A model generated the notes under the pieces. The model searched no databases. It worked only from the letters and a program-made list of their open reading frames with translations, and was not told where the DNA came from. Positions 1 to 13,212 of a stretch of DNA of 64,000 nt are shown here, piece by piece. A program made the position numbers and the translations under genes. This DNA is from Mobula birostris (lineage: Eukaryota), in assembly GCF_030028105.1 (NCBI RefSeq), contig NC_092379.1:18949309-19013308 (forward strand). The letters are read 5' to 3'. Each line of letters begins with the position of its first letter. Within the stretch, counting starts at the first letter, position 1.

Positions 1-1159
1 ATCTGGTGAAAAGCTCTGGCTTGCAGGAGACCGAGTGGAGATTTTATAGAGATGCAAAAAATGAAGAGGGCAATGGATAGGAAAAGTTCCCACAAAATGC
101 TGTCAATGTGACGAGCTTGGATGGGCATCTTGGTCAGCATGGACGAGTTGGGCCGAAGGGCCTGTTTCCATGCTCCTTGACTCTCTGACTCTCCAAATGC
201 AAGTGCAATTTACCGTGGGCAATTAACCTACCAACAATCCTGTAGGATGTGGAAGAAAGACATATTTCAATGTGACATATTCATCTGAAAAGCTCCGGCA
301 GACTCAGGAACTCCCGATGGTCTGGAATCCTCCTGTGCACTGTTTTACCCACATCCTCCACACTCTCAGTCTGACTGATACACTGACACCCAGTGGCTGT
401 CGGTTGGTATTACAACAATCAGTTTGTTGTAATATTTGGAGGTGTTCCTCTGACCCCAGTGGTTACAGTTTATCACTGCAAGGTAACAAATGCTTCGTCA
501 AATTGTCTTCCATCCAGACACAAGAGTCTGTAAATGCTGGGATCTGGAGCTACACACAATCTACTGGAGGAACTCAGCGGGTTGAGCAGCATCGGTGGAC
601 AGAAGCTGTCAAATCCCTGAATGAGGACAGTCCGTGAGCATCTGGTTTACAACAGACAGAATGAAATTACCGGAGTAAAGAAAACCTGCTGATGTTGAAA
701 ATCAGAAGGAAAAACTCTTGGAAGCACTGGACAGACAATATAGATTGTACATCAGTGGTAGCGGGAAAGAAACGGAGTGTCGGTGAGTAGACCAGATACA
801 TCTCCAAATATGCCAACTTATCTATGTCAACGATCGTCAAAACAACTAAAATAGCAAAAGCAGAGTCCAATGAACAAGAGCTCAAATCAAGCTCTATTGA
901 AGACATCGGATAAATGCAAATTATTGCAAGGTAATGATATATTGACAGAAAAAGCCAACGAGGGAAAGCAGGGATTGTATAAAATGTCCCATCAGTGAGA
1001 AACTACTGAATGAAAACCCTGTCCTTTCCCTGTCTGTCACTTTCAATGTGACAAATTCATCTGAAGAGCTCCTGTAGTCTCAGGACCTTCTGGCACAATG
1101 GAATCCTCCTGTGCACTGTTTCACCCACACCGTCCAGCAGTGTCTCTGTGCCTGACTGG

Positions 1160-2335
1160 ACGCAGTATATCACCCCAGCCGACTCACAGGTGAAGTGTTG
1201 CCTTACCTGGAAGGACTGTCTGGGGCCCTGAATGGTGGTAAGGGAGGAAGTGTAAGGGCACGTGTAGCACTTGTCCCGCTTACAAGGATAAGTGCCGGAG
1301 GGAGATCGGTAGGGAGGGAGGGGGGGGTGGCAAATGGACAAGGGAGTCATGTAGGGAGCGATCCCTGTGGAAAGCAGAGCAAGGGGGGTAGGGAAAGATG
1401 TGCTTAGTGGTGGGATCCCGTTGGAGGTGGCGGAAGTTACGGAGAATAATATGTTGGACCCGGAGGCTGGTGGGGTGGTAGGTGAGGACAAGGGGAACCC
1501 TATTCCTAGTGGGGTGGCGGGAGGATGGAGTGAGAGCAGATGTGCGTGAAATGGGGAAGATGCGTTTGAGAGAAGAGTTGATGGTGGAGGAAGGGAAGCC
1601 CTTTTCTTTAAAAAAGGAGTACATCTCCCTCGTCCTGGAATGAAAAGCCTCATCTTGAGAGCAGATGCGGCGGAGACGGAGGAATTGTGAGAAGAGGATG
1701 GCATTTTTGCAAGAGACAGGGTGAGAAGAGGAATAGTCCAGATAGCTGTGAGAGTCAGTAGGCTTATAGTAGACATCAGTAGATAAGCTGTCTCCAGAGA
1801 TAGAGATAGAAAGATCTAGAAAGGGGAGGGAGGTGTCCAACATGGACCAGGTAAACTTGAGGGCAGGAGGAAAGTTGGAGGCAAAGTTAATGAAGTCAAT
1901 GAGCTCAGCATGCCTGCAGGAAACAGTGCCAATGCAGTCGTCGATGTAGCGAAGAAAAAGTGGGAGACAGATACCAGAATAGGTTTGGAACATAGATTGT
2001 TCCAAAGCCAACAAAAAGGCAGGCATAGCTAGGACCCATACGGGTGCACATAGCTACACTTTAGTTTGGAGGAAGTGGGAGGAGCAAAAGGAGAAATTAT
2101 TAAGAGTAAGGACTAATTCCGCTAGATGGAGCAGAGTGGTGGTAGAGGGGAACTGGTTAGGTCTGGAATCCAAAAAGAAGCGGAGAGCTTTAAGACCTTC
2201 CTGATGGGGGATGGAAGTATATAGGGACTGGACATCCATGGTGAAAATAAAGTGGTGGGGGCCAGGGAACTTAAAGTCATTGAAAAGTTTCAGAGGGTGA
2301 GAAGTGTCACGAACATAGGTAGGAAGGGATTGAAC
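1160..2335 (-). mobile_element. Penelope-like retroelement fragment (RT plus start of GIY-YIG endonuclease), frameshifted
   Basis: ORFs 2054-2239 (MDVQSLYTSIPHQEG), 1280-2026 (FLRYIDD) and 1057-1776 (RQHFTCESAGVIYC) carry motifs typical of Penelope-like element (PLE) RT and GIY-YIG domains. Confidence 0.8.
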
Positions 2336-2397
2336 TTCTCACCCTCTGATACTTTTCGATGATTTTAAGTTCCCTGGCCCCCACCGCTTTATTTTCA

Positions 2398-3190
2398 CCA
2401 TGGATGGAGTTCAAACCAGAGAAGTGTGAGGTGGTACACTTTGGAAGGACAAACTCCAAGGCAGAGTACAAAGTAAATGGCAGGATACTTGGAAGTGTGG
2501 AGGAGCAGAGGGATCTGGGGGTACATGTCCAAAGATCCCTGAAAGTTGCCTCACAGGTAGATAGGGTAGTTAAGAAAGCTTATGGAGTGTTAGCTTTCAT
2601 AAGTTGAGGGATAGAGTTTAAGAGTCGTAGGGTAATGATGCAGATCTATAAAACTCTGGTTAGGCCACACTTGAAGTACTGTGTCTAGTTCTGGTCGCCT
2701 CACTATAGGAAGGATGTGGAAGCATTGGAAAGGGTACAGAGGAGATTTACCAGGATTCTGCCTGGTTTACAGAGTATGCATTATGATCAGAGATTAAGGG
2801 AGCTAGGGCTTTACTCTCTGGAGAGAAGGAGGATGAGAGGAGACATGATAGAGGTATACAAGATATTAAGAGGAATAGATAGAGTGGACAGCCAGCGCCT
2901 CTTCCCCAGGGCACCACTGCTCAATACAAGGGGACATGGCTTTAAGGTAAGGGGTGGAAAGTTCAAGGGGGATATTAGAGGAAGGTTTTTTACTCAGAGT
3001 GTGGTCGGTGCGTGGAATGTACTGCCTGAGTCAGTGGTGGAGGCAGATACACTAGTGAAATTTAAGAGACTACTAGACAGGTATATGGAGGAATTTAAGG
3101 AGGGGGGTTATATGGAAGGCAGGGTTTAAGGGTCAGCATAACATTGTGGGCCGAAGGGCCTGTACTGTGCTGTGCTGTATTGTTCTATTG
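2398..3190 (+). mobile_element. CR1-like LINE 3' fragment
   Basis: KCEVVHFGR...ERVQRRFTRILPG...LERRRMRGDMIEVYKI RT C-terminus, followed by the GGGCCGAAGGGCCTGT 3' end. Confidence 0.85.
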
Positions 3191-3369
3191 TTTGTCCATA
3201 TATCTGTGATTCCACTTTCAAGGAATTATGGATCTGTATTCCTAGATCCCTTTGTTCTGCACATCTCAGTTCCCTATTGAATTGCATTGACTTTATTCTT
3301 TCATCCTTCACATACGTGAGGAGTAAAAATCTTTACATTACATCTCCATCTGAATGTGCAAATTATAGT

Positions 3370-3905
3370 AATTTGTAAAAAGTAGCATGTTCAGTATGAT
3401 ATACAACAGAACAGTCAATATAGCTTAGAAATACAATTGTGTCAGTGTGAATTAATCAGTCTGGTGGCCTTGTGGAAGAAGCTGTCCTGGAGCCTGTTGT
3501 CCTGGCTTTAATGCTGCGGTACTGTTTCCCGGATGGCAGCAGCTGGAGCAGTTTGTAGTTGGGGTGACTCGGGTCCCCAATGATCCTTTGGGCCCTTTTT
3601 GTAAATGTCCTGAATAGTGGGAAGTTCACAACTGCAGATGTGCTGGGCTGTCCGCACCACCTGTGCCCTGTGATTGAGGGAAGTACAGTTCCCATACCAG
3701 GTAGTGATACAGCCAGTCAGGATGCTCTCACTTGTACCCCATGGAAAGTCCTTAGGATTTGGGGACTGATGCCAAAGTTCTTCAACCATCTAAGGTGAAA
3801 GAGGTGCTGTTGTGCTTTTTTCACCACGCAGCTGGTATGTACAGACCAAGTGAGATCCTCGGTGATGTGTATACTGAGGAACTTGAAGCTGTTCACCCTC
3901 TCAAT
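3370..3905 (-). mobile_element. Rex/Babar-like LINE 3' fragment
   Basis: ESILTGCITTWYGNC and DPSHPNYKLLQLLPSGKQYRSIKART peptides in the ORF track. Confidence 0.7.
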
Positions 3906-4409
3906 CCTACCATTCACTGTGTTCTTGTCCTGGATTGTCCTGCCAAAGTGCAACACTGTACACCCATTGGCATTATTCCCCTCTGCCGTTATTCAGTCCA
4001 TCTTCCCACTGGTTCAGACCATGCTGCAATCTTGCTGCATTGGTTTATTTTGATCGTACTGATGCTTACCAGAAGCTCCCAAATAATTCTTATCAGTGCT
4101 CCGTTATCCTTCCAGAACTCTGAGATCTATCAGGTCCCCAGTGAATTGTTTTGAGCAACCTGTCATCTTTCTTTCCAGACCAGATGAAGGGTCTCAGCCC
4201 AAAATGTTGACTGTTTACTCTTTTCCATAGATGCTGCCTGACCTGCTGGGTTCCTCCAGCATTTTGTCTGTGTTGCTTTGGATTTCCAGCATCTGCTGTA
4301 TTTCTCTTGTCTGTGATGCTGCGATCTTTGTTAGCCTCCCCTACTACTTTCCCGTACTTGATCTCTTCTTCAAATTTGCTGATGCAGTTTCTAAACAGAT
4401 GATGATCAA

Positions 4410-5247
4410 TGTCACGTGATCGGCAACAATGAATATATCGAGTCAGGATTTATAAACAAACAAGCATTTATTAAACCCTGATAAACAATGAAAAAAACCG
4501 AAAACCCTAACTGGAAGTAAACGGCTATACAGCCATTCAGTAAACCGCTACTCAGTACTAGTTCTTAAAGCAATAAATGCCAAACCAGTTCTTAAAGCGA
4601 TACATTCAAACACAGTTCCTCGAATGGTAAATTTTAAAGTCCAAGAGATTTATATAGTCAATTAGGAGAGACTTTCATGAAGTAACGAATTCCTCGAAGA
4701 CACGACGTCACTGCCACTCCCAGTCGGATCCTGCCTTGTCTACAGGATTCACGACGACGGAAATAAAATGGTTTTAAAGGCACTGACATTCCTCCGTAGA
4801 ATAGATCCTGCTCAGCCTTTTCTACCACTTTTGGCAAAGGCTATCTCATGCAGATCACTCTTTCTTGAATGAATTCAATAATGGTTGATCCTTTCCAAAC
4901 CCGTCGAACGTCTCCTTCAGGGTCCCGTCTTCACTGTCCAATGTTACTGAAAAGATACATTAACAAACCTGGCAGCGATTGATCAAACTACCGGTCCAGA
5001 CTTCTGTACCTTACAATAGAACATAAAACTCCGTTTAAAATCAAAACTGCGTCATAATGCAAATACGCAGCGGAGCTGAGTATCTCATTGACGTTCTAAC
5101 TGGAAAAACTAACTGCGTCACCAGGGGTCTTCCCTTTTATACCCGTGGTGAACTCACATCGGCAGGAAAATTACATCAGGTGACCTTCAAAAGACCATTA
5201 CATCATCCTCACAAGACAGTCACAAGATCTCCATGAGGTATGTAACA
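4410..5247. mobile_element. Solo LTR, 838 bp
   Basis: Starts TGTCAC, ends GTAACA, flanked by a perfect 5-bp TSD ATCAA (4405-4409 and 5248-5252). Confidence 0.7.
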
Positions 5248-5864
5248 ATCAACAACAGATCCAACGCTGACCCCTGCTGCACACCCCTAGTCACAGCCCT
5301 CCAGTCAGAGAGACTTGTGTACTTCCACTCTGTCTTCTCCCGCTAAGACAATTTACTACTGCAACTTCAACACCAAGTGACTTAATCTTCAGGACGAGCC
5401 CCCTATGTGGTACTCTGTCAAAGGCCTTGCTAGAGTCCATGTAAACAAGGTTTTCCCTTCATCAACCTGCTCGGTTCTACAGACTTACCATGGGGAACAT
5501 CCTGACAGGCTGCACCACTGTCTGATATGGGTGGCGGCAGGGGCACGACTGCACAGAAGTTACAGTAAGTTGTAAAATTAGTCAGCGCCATCTCGGGTAC
5601 CACCCTCCATAGTATCCAAGACATCTTCAAGGAATGGTGCCTCAGAAAGGAGCCAACATTAAGGATATCACTCAGGACATGCCCCCTTCTCATTGTTACC
5701 GTCAGGAACGAGGTACAGAAACCTGAAGGCACACACACAGTGATTCAGGAACAATTTCTTTCCCTGTCATCTGATTTCTGAATGGACATTGAACCCATGA
5801 ACATTACTTCACTACTTTTTTATATTATTTCTGTTTTGCACTTTTAAAATCTATTTAATACACA

Positions 5865-6436
5865 TGAAACACTCCGGTTCCGTCGGCTGTGTAAGCCTAG
5901 GGAAGACAATCTCCGGCCCCGCTAAACGTGTGAGATTGAAGCGCAAACCCCTCAAATCCCTCTGTTTGTGTGGATGCTGTGTGATTCGTACCCCGTTACA
6001 AATAAGTACCAGAAAATAACAGACAGTACACCCCATACAATTAAATGATTTAGCTTTATAATTCTTAATTTGACTAAAGGGTTAGTAAAGAAAAAGCAAA
6101 AGAAAAAGAAAAGGGCCCATTTTAATGAAATAGCCTAATGTGCACAAGTTGGAGCTCATGGTTTCCCCTTCGCTGATCCTCTTTTGATCTTCCTGGGCTT
6201 TGTCAGATCATGGCCCCGCTCCGGGTCGAGTCCTACGACCTCTTCTCTCCGGCGTCTTCTCCCTTCATCTCCCACTGAACAAAAGACCCAGCTCACACCG
6301 GTGTCAGGCACACAACACGAAAAACACACTCCCTTCATTGGACATCTCACATTCCAAAGCACCCGTTATCTCTAATCATAACCCAAACACTGCTTCTACA
6401 GAAAGACCATTATGAAACATTTCCCAGGGTGTTACA
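5865..6436. mobile_element. Solo LTR-like element inserted in a Rex/Babar fragment
   Basis: TG...CA ends and near-TSD CACA/CATA; visibly similar to 27467-28162 (shared GTGTGGATGCTGTGTGA and CAATTAAATGATTTA). Confidence 0.55.
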
Positions 6437-6545
6437 CATATGTATACTTTAATTGATTTACTTATTTATTTTTTTCTTTCTATATCATCATGTATTGCAT
6501 TGTACTGCTGCTGCTAAGTTAACAAATTTCACGACACATGCCAAT

Positions 6546-8420
6546 AGACAATAGACAATAGGTGCAGGAGTAGGCCATTCAGCCCTTTGAGCCAGTGCCC
6601 CCATTCACTGTGATCATGGCTGATCATCCACAATCAGTACCCTTTTCCTGCCTTCTCCCCATATCCCTTGACTCCTCTATTTTTAAGAGCTCCATCTAAC
6701 TCTTTCTTGAAAGAATCCAGAGAATTGGCCTCCACTGCCTTCTGAGGCAGAGCAATCCACAGAACCACAACCCTCTGTGTGAAAAAGTTTTTCCTCAAAT
6801 CCATTCTAAATGGTCTACCCTTTATTCTTAAACTGTGGCCTCTGGTTCTGGACTCCCCCAACATCGGGAACATGTTTCCTGCCTCTAGCGTGTCCAATCC
6901 CTTAATATTCTTATATGTTTCAATCAGATACTAAACCAATGATAATAAACCTGATTCTAATTCTGATTCTGGTAATGTCCTCAAAAAACTCTTTTAAGAT
7001 CGGTTCAACACAATGTACCACGCACAATGCATGTTGACTGTCCCTAACCAGGCCCTGACTATCCGGATGCTTATACATCCTGTTCAGTAGAATACCTTCC
7101 AATAATTTACCCACAATTAATATCAGACTCACTGGCCCCTAGTTGCCTGGCTTGTTCTCAGAGCCTGTCTTGAACAATGGAACAGCATTCGGTATCCTCC
7201 AGTCCTCCGGCACATTGCCCGTGGTTAAGAATGTTTTAAGTAACTCTGTCACGGCTGCTGTGGTTTCTGAACTTGTCTCCCGTGAGGACCAAAGGGACAC
7301 CTTGTCAAGCTCTGGGGATTTTTCCACCCTAACTTCCCTCAAGTAAACACCCCCTCATCTGTTATCTGGATACAGTCCATGGCCCCACTATTGTTTTTCC
7401 TCAGTTCTATGGAGTTTGTGTCTGTCTGCTGAGAAAGTACAGATGCAGAGAATTCATTTGAGATCTCATCCATCTTTTCCTGTTCCACACACAGATGACC
7501 ATGCTGATCTTCAAGAGAAGCAATTCTGCCCATTACTATCCTTTTGCTCTTAACATATTGATGAAATCCCCTGGGATTTTCTTTCACCTTGTCTGTCAGA
7601 GCAACATCATGTCTCGTTTTAGTTCTCCTGATTTCTGTCTTACATGTTCTTTTGCATTTCTCATACTGAAGTGCCTCATTTGATCCTAACTCCCCATGTG
7701 TAATCTTCACCTCCTCCTTCTTCACAAGTGCCCCAATACCCTGAAAAACTAAGCTTCCCTAAATCTTTTAGCTGTGCCTTTATTCCTAGCAGGAACATAC
7801 AGATCCTGGACATTCAATCTTTTTCTTTTGAAGACCTTCCACTAACCAAGTATCCCTTTGCAGGAAACCAACCTATCCCAGTCCATGTCTGCCTGATCTC
7901 TTCTGATGCCATCAAAATTGGCCTTCCTCCTGTTTTCAATGTCCACCTGAGGACCAATCCTGTCCTTCTCCATAATTATCCTGAAAACGATCAGTAGAGC
8001 AAAACAGTTTTCGCCTGCACACACGTCTGTCACCTGCCCTGTCTCGTTCCCTGAGGAGATCCACTATCCTGACCTCTGCATTTTGATTAAAGAATCTTTT
8101 AAGAACACATCTGACAAACTCTATCACATGCATCGCATTTAGAGTAGGCACAGTGTCTGTATTCCTTCCACATCCGTCCCCACTCCATGGCAGCATATTA
8201 CCTTCCTCCCGTACCCCCTTCAGGCCCTGCCCCTCCTCAGAATAACGACAAACCATGCAGATGGTAAAAACTATCATGGGGAATCTGATCAGGTTACGCT
8301 GTGCTCTTTTGCTAGGGTTGCTTGAGCTGTTGGGGAGCATCTAAAATAACTTGCCAGGGAGATGGGAACTAGAGTGACAGGGCCGAGGATGGGGTAGTTG
8401 GTGTCCAACTAGATCCCGTG
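6546..8420 (-). mobile_element. CR1-like LINE fragments
   Basis: Minus-strand ORF2 pieces (LNWRKANFD-like, VKENPRGF, PEDWRIPN, FFTQRVV) ending in a (CAATAGA)n-type tail. Confidence 0.8.
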
Positions 8421-11400
8421 TGTGATGAGACTGTGAGGAAGGACAGGCAGATAGCAGGGCAAAATTGCATTCAGAATCAGGTTTATTATCACCAGCGGGT
8501 GTCGTGACATTGGTTAATTTAACAGCAGCAATTCAATGCAATACGTGATAATACAGAAAAAAATAAGCAGATCAATCAAAGTAAATATATATATAAAATA
8601 GTGCAAAACAAAAATGCTATTAAAATAGTGAGGTATTGTTCATGAGTTCAATACCAATTTTAAAATCGGTTGTCAGAGGAGAAGAAGCTGATCCTGAATC
8701 ACTGAGTGTGTGCCTTCTGACTTCTGTACCTCCTTCCCAACGGTAACAGTGAGAAGTGAGATGGGTTAAAGTGAAACGGGGCAAAATCGAAAAGGGTGAT
8801 GAATACAGGAGTGAAGGTGTTATATTTGAATGCACTCACAGTTTACAGAATAAAGGCTGATGGTCTTGTAGGACAATTAGAGATTGGCAGATACACTGTT
8901 GTGGGCATCGCTGAGTCATGGCTGGAAGGTGATAATAGTTGGGAGCTTAGCATCCAAGGATACACATGGTATTGAAAGGACAGGCAGGTAGGCAGAGGGT
9001 TGGAGTGGCTTTGTCGGTAAAAAAATGAAATCAAATCCCTAGAAAGAGGTCATGTGGGACTGGAAGATAAGACCATAAGACACAGGAGCATAATTAGGCT
9101 ATTTAGCCCATTGACTCTTCTCTGCCATTTCATCATGGCTGATTTATTTTCCATCTCAGCCCCAATCTCCTGCCTTCTCTTCATATCCCTTCATGCCCTA
9201 ATGAATCAAGAATTTATCAAACTCTTCCTTAAGTATACCCAAGGACTTACACATACACTCCAGGATATGGGCATGGGGAGCCTCCACAGGACCTGGCCCC
9301 AAGTCATCACCTGTTCCTGGATCATTTCCCCAGTATCTGATTCAGTGCCATGCCCCCTCACGACCTGCTCTGCACTCCAGGTTATGGGCACAGGGAATCT
9401 CCTCCAATACGTGATCTTGGGTACAGTCTCTAAAATCTGCTCCATATATATTTTCCCAAATGTCTGAACGTGGTGCATTTCTGAGATGTGGGGTTGGGAA
9501 TCTCATTCTCTGATTCTTCCAAATAACTGATTTTAAATTGTTTCCCTAAGATCAGTCGTACATTCCCAAGCTCTGTCGTATTCCCTTATGAATGAGGTTG
9601 AGAATTAACCACAATTTCTGGTTCTGTGGAGGGGTATTTTTCCCATTGTCTGGTCTTTCATAGTTTTCCTCAATGGCTATTCCTAGGGTATATTCTTTCA
9701 ATATCTGGTCCTGTGTCTACCTCCAATGTTCGTCCCTTGGACTTACTCTGCTCAAATTAGGTGCTGGCTGTTGTATTCTATTCCCTTCTTGGTTTGTATT
9801 AATCTAGTACCTGTTTATGTTTTCTACTCCTGGTGTGTTTTCCTCAGTATCTGTTGTATTTTCCTGCATTGGCATATTTTCTCAAAATGTTCTCATGAAA
9901 ACTGTAATGGTCGATCTCCAGTTCTGAGTCACCTGTACTTGTACCAACAGCTCCACACTCTCTGATGGGGGATGCTGCAGGATGCACAGAGTTTCCTTCA
10001 GCTAAACACCGAGCAGGCCAAAAGCTTTGGTCCCTGCAGTGAGTTCTGTTCCAGAGCACTGATGCTGTTGTCCCTTTTCACTGACCTGAGAACAAAAATT
10101 CTGGCTGGTGTTGCTGTTCACGGTAGCAGACTCCCCATTAGCACTTATTGTGGGGTCCTTGTGTTTCAATAATGATTCGTCTCGTAGTGTCACTCAGCCA
10201 AGACATTGATGTTCTGTTGGAATTCCTATGGATAAACACTTGTTTCTGTCTCTGCGTGAGATTCACTCGTTCTTCCGCTCCTGATTCAGTCGTCTGTCAG
10301 TGCATACTGTGTCAGTAGGACCCGAACATAAGTGGACCCAGCAGAGGTTCAACAGCAGCTTGGACATCGGTCGGTCAGAGACAAGGGTGCCTGCTATTCT
10401 CATTGATTGTCCAGAGGCTATGTTCCAAGTTTCTCACTGCAATGTTCTGAGTTTCTCTAGTGTATGTTCTGAGCTTCTCTGGTCTATGTTCAAGGTCTCC
10501 CATGGCCCTTCAGGTTTCCGAGGACTATTCCAGGTTTCTGAGTTTGATTCCATATTCCTGAGTTTACCATCCCTGTCTCGGGTTCTCCACAGCTCCCTGG
10601 CTGCCTTCGGGATGGAGGTACTGTCATGTCCCCTGTGGGCCTGTGCAACATATTTGTTAATTGCGAAGTTCTTGTGCATTCTGTTTAGTCTTGTCAAGTG
10701 TATTTTGACTGGCACTGATTTTCCTCATACTGTGATTATTTAAAGCAGACTCCCAATTACTGGTTATCATGGGATCCTTGTGCTTCAAGAATGATTTATC
10801 TCACTGTGTTGCTTAGTCAAATCACTGATGTTCTGTTGGGATTCCTAGGAATAAACTCTTATTTCTGTCTTTGCATGGGGTTCAGTCAGTCATCTGCACT
10901 GGGTTCAGTCATCTGTCAGCGCACCCTCGTAACTCCTCTGTTAACTTCCTTCCATAGATATTGGGTTTACTGTGTCCATAGTTCCCAACATTTTATTTGT
11001 AGCCCTTCTCAAATAAAGGAACAGATCACAGATCTCCCAGAACGTATCTGAAATGTCGACAGAACTGAATTCTTGCTCCTAGTGCAAGGTTTCAGCAATG
11101 CATTAATCTACAACGTCCTCCAATTTTTAACCTCACCAGCACATGGCATTGGGAATAATCCAGAGATTACCACTGTTGGGGTCTTACATTTTAACCTCTT
11201 TTCTAACTCCCTATTTTCACTCCACAGCAGCACATCCATTTTTCTGCCAATCGTCATTTGAGCCAATGTGTGCAACCACTTCTGTCTGCTCACCCTCCCC
11301 ACTGAGAATGTTCTGCAATCGCTCTGAGACATCCTCATCTGAATAATACTCTATCTGCAATTGCTCAGCCCACCCACCCAGCTGATCAAGATCCCACTGT

Positions 11401-11779
11401 AATTGTTGCTAACCTTCTTCTCTCCCCACAATACCATCTGTTTTAGTGTCACTTGTCATCTAATACTCAGGAATATGGGAAAAATTCCCATCAATGAGAG
11501 GACTCCTTCATCCAGGTATCAGCAGTCATTTGGACCAGAATAACATTCAAAGGAACAATTCTCAGTCCGTCTCCAGGGAAATGCTCCCTAATTCAGTGTT
11601 GTGTGAAAACATACTTGGATCAGATTTTGGAGACACATAGTGGGGGAAATAACACAGGGTGCAGAGCAGGAAGTGAAGAGCATGGCCCGGATTTGGATAT
11701 TGGTCCAGTAACCTGGCCTTAGAGGTGGCAGAGACTCCTTCCTTTCTCCTTCTCTCCCTCTTACTCTACGATCTCCATG

Positions 11780-12870
11780 TGATGTATTTGCATGGATAAA
11801 GAATTGGTTAATTAGTAGAAAACAGAGTCGGGATACGTGGATGTTACTCTGGTTGGCAATCAGTAGTGAGCGATGTGCCACAGGGGTCGGTGCTGGGCCT
11901 GCAACTGTTCACGATATACATTAACGATCTGGAAGAGGGGACAGAGTGTAGTGTATCTAAGTTTGCTGATGACACTAAATTGAGTGGAAAAGCAAATTGT
12001 GCAGAAGTTACAGAGTCTGCAGAGAGATATAGATAGGTTAAGTGAGTGGGCCAGAGTCTGGCAGATGGAGTACAATGTTGGTAAATGTGAGGTCATCCAC
12101 TTTGGAAGGAAAAATGAAAGAGCAGATTATTACTTAAGTGGTGAAAATTGCATCATGCTGCTGTGCAGAGGGACTTGGAAGTGCTTGTTTGTGAATCACA
12201 AAAGGTTGGTTTGCAGGTGCAGCAGGCTATCAAGAAGGCAAATGGATTGTTGGCCTTCATTGCTAGAGGGATTGAATTTAAGAACAGGGAGGTTATGCTG
12301 CAACTATACAGGGCACTGGTGAGGCCGCACCTGGAGTACTGCGTGCAGTTCTTGTCTCCTTACTTGAGGAAGGATATACTGGCTTTGGAGGTGGTGCAGA
12401 GGAGGTTCACCTAGTTAATTCCACTGTTGAGGAGAGATTGAGTCGCCTGGGACTGTACTCACTGGAATTCATAAGAATGACAGGAGATGCTATAGAAACA
12501 TTTAAAATTATGAAAGGGATAGGTAGAGGCAGGAAAGTTGTTTCCACTGGTGGGTGAGACTAGAACGAGGGGACGTAGCCTCTAGATTCAGGGGAGTAGA
12601 TTTAGGACGGAGATGAGGAGGAACTGTTTTTCCCAGAGAGTGGTGAATCCGTGGAATTCTCTGCCCAGTGAAGCAGTGGAGGCTACCTCAGTAAATATAC
12701 TTAACACAAGGTTGGATAGGTGTTTGCATAGTAGGGGAATTAAGGGTTCTGGGGAAAAGGCAGGTAGGTGGTGGTGAGTCCATGGCCAGATCAGCCATGA
12801 TCTTATCAAATGGTGGAGCAGGCTCGATGGGCTGGATGGCCGACTCCTGCTCCTATTTCTTGTGTTCTTA
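11780..12870 (+). mobile_element. CR1-like LINE 3' fragment
   Basis: LQRDIDRLSEWARVWQMEYNVGKCEVIHFG and LVRPHLEYCVQF; a CR1 ORF1 esterase-like fragment lies at about 11110-11340 (minus). Confidence 0.85.
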
Positions 12871-13061
12871 TCTCTCCCTCCTTGACCTTCCTCGCTTCTC
12901 TCTTTCTCTCTATCTGTCCACCCCCCTCTCTTTCTGCCTTCTCTAAGCTCATTTCAGACCTTCAAATCTCCAATTTGCTCCCTTATTTCTCTCTCCTACC
13001 CCACAGAACATGGGGTCAGAAGCTGGCTCTGACAAGCTGCCTGCACTTTGTACAATCAGAC

Positions 13062-13212
13062 NNNNNNNNNNNNNNNNNNNNNNNNNNNNNNNNNNNNNNN
13101 NNNNNNNNNNNNNNNNNNNNNNNNNNNNNNNNNNNNNNNNNNNNNNNNNNNNNNNNNNNNNNNNNNNNNNNNNNNNNNNNNNNNNNNNNNNNNNNNNNNN
13201 NNNNNNNNNNNN
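13062..13212. other. Assembly gap (151 N)
   Basis: Run of n characters. Confidence 1.
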
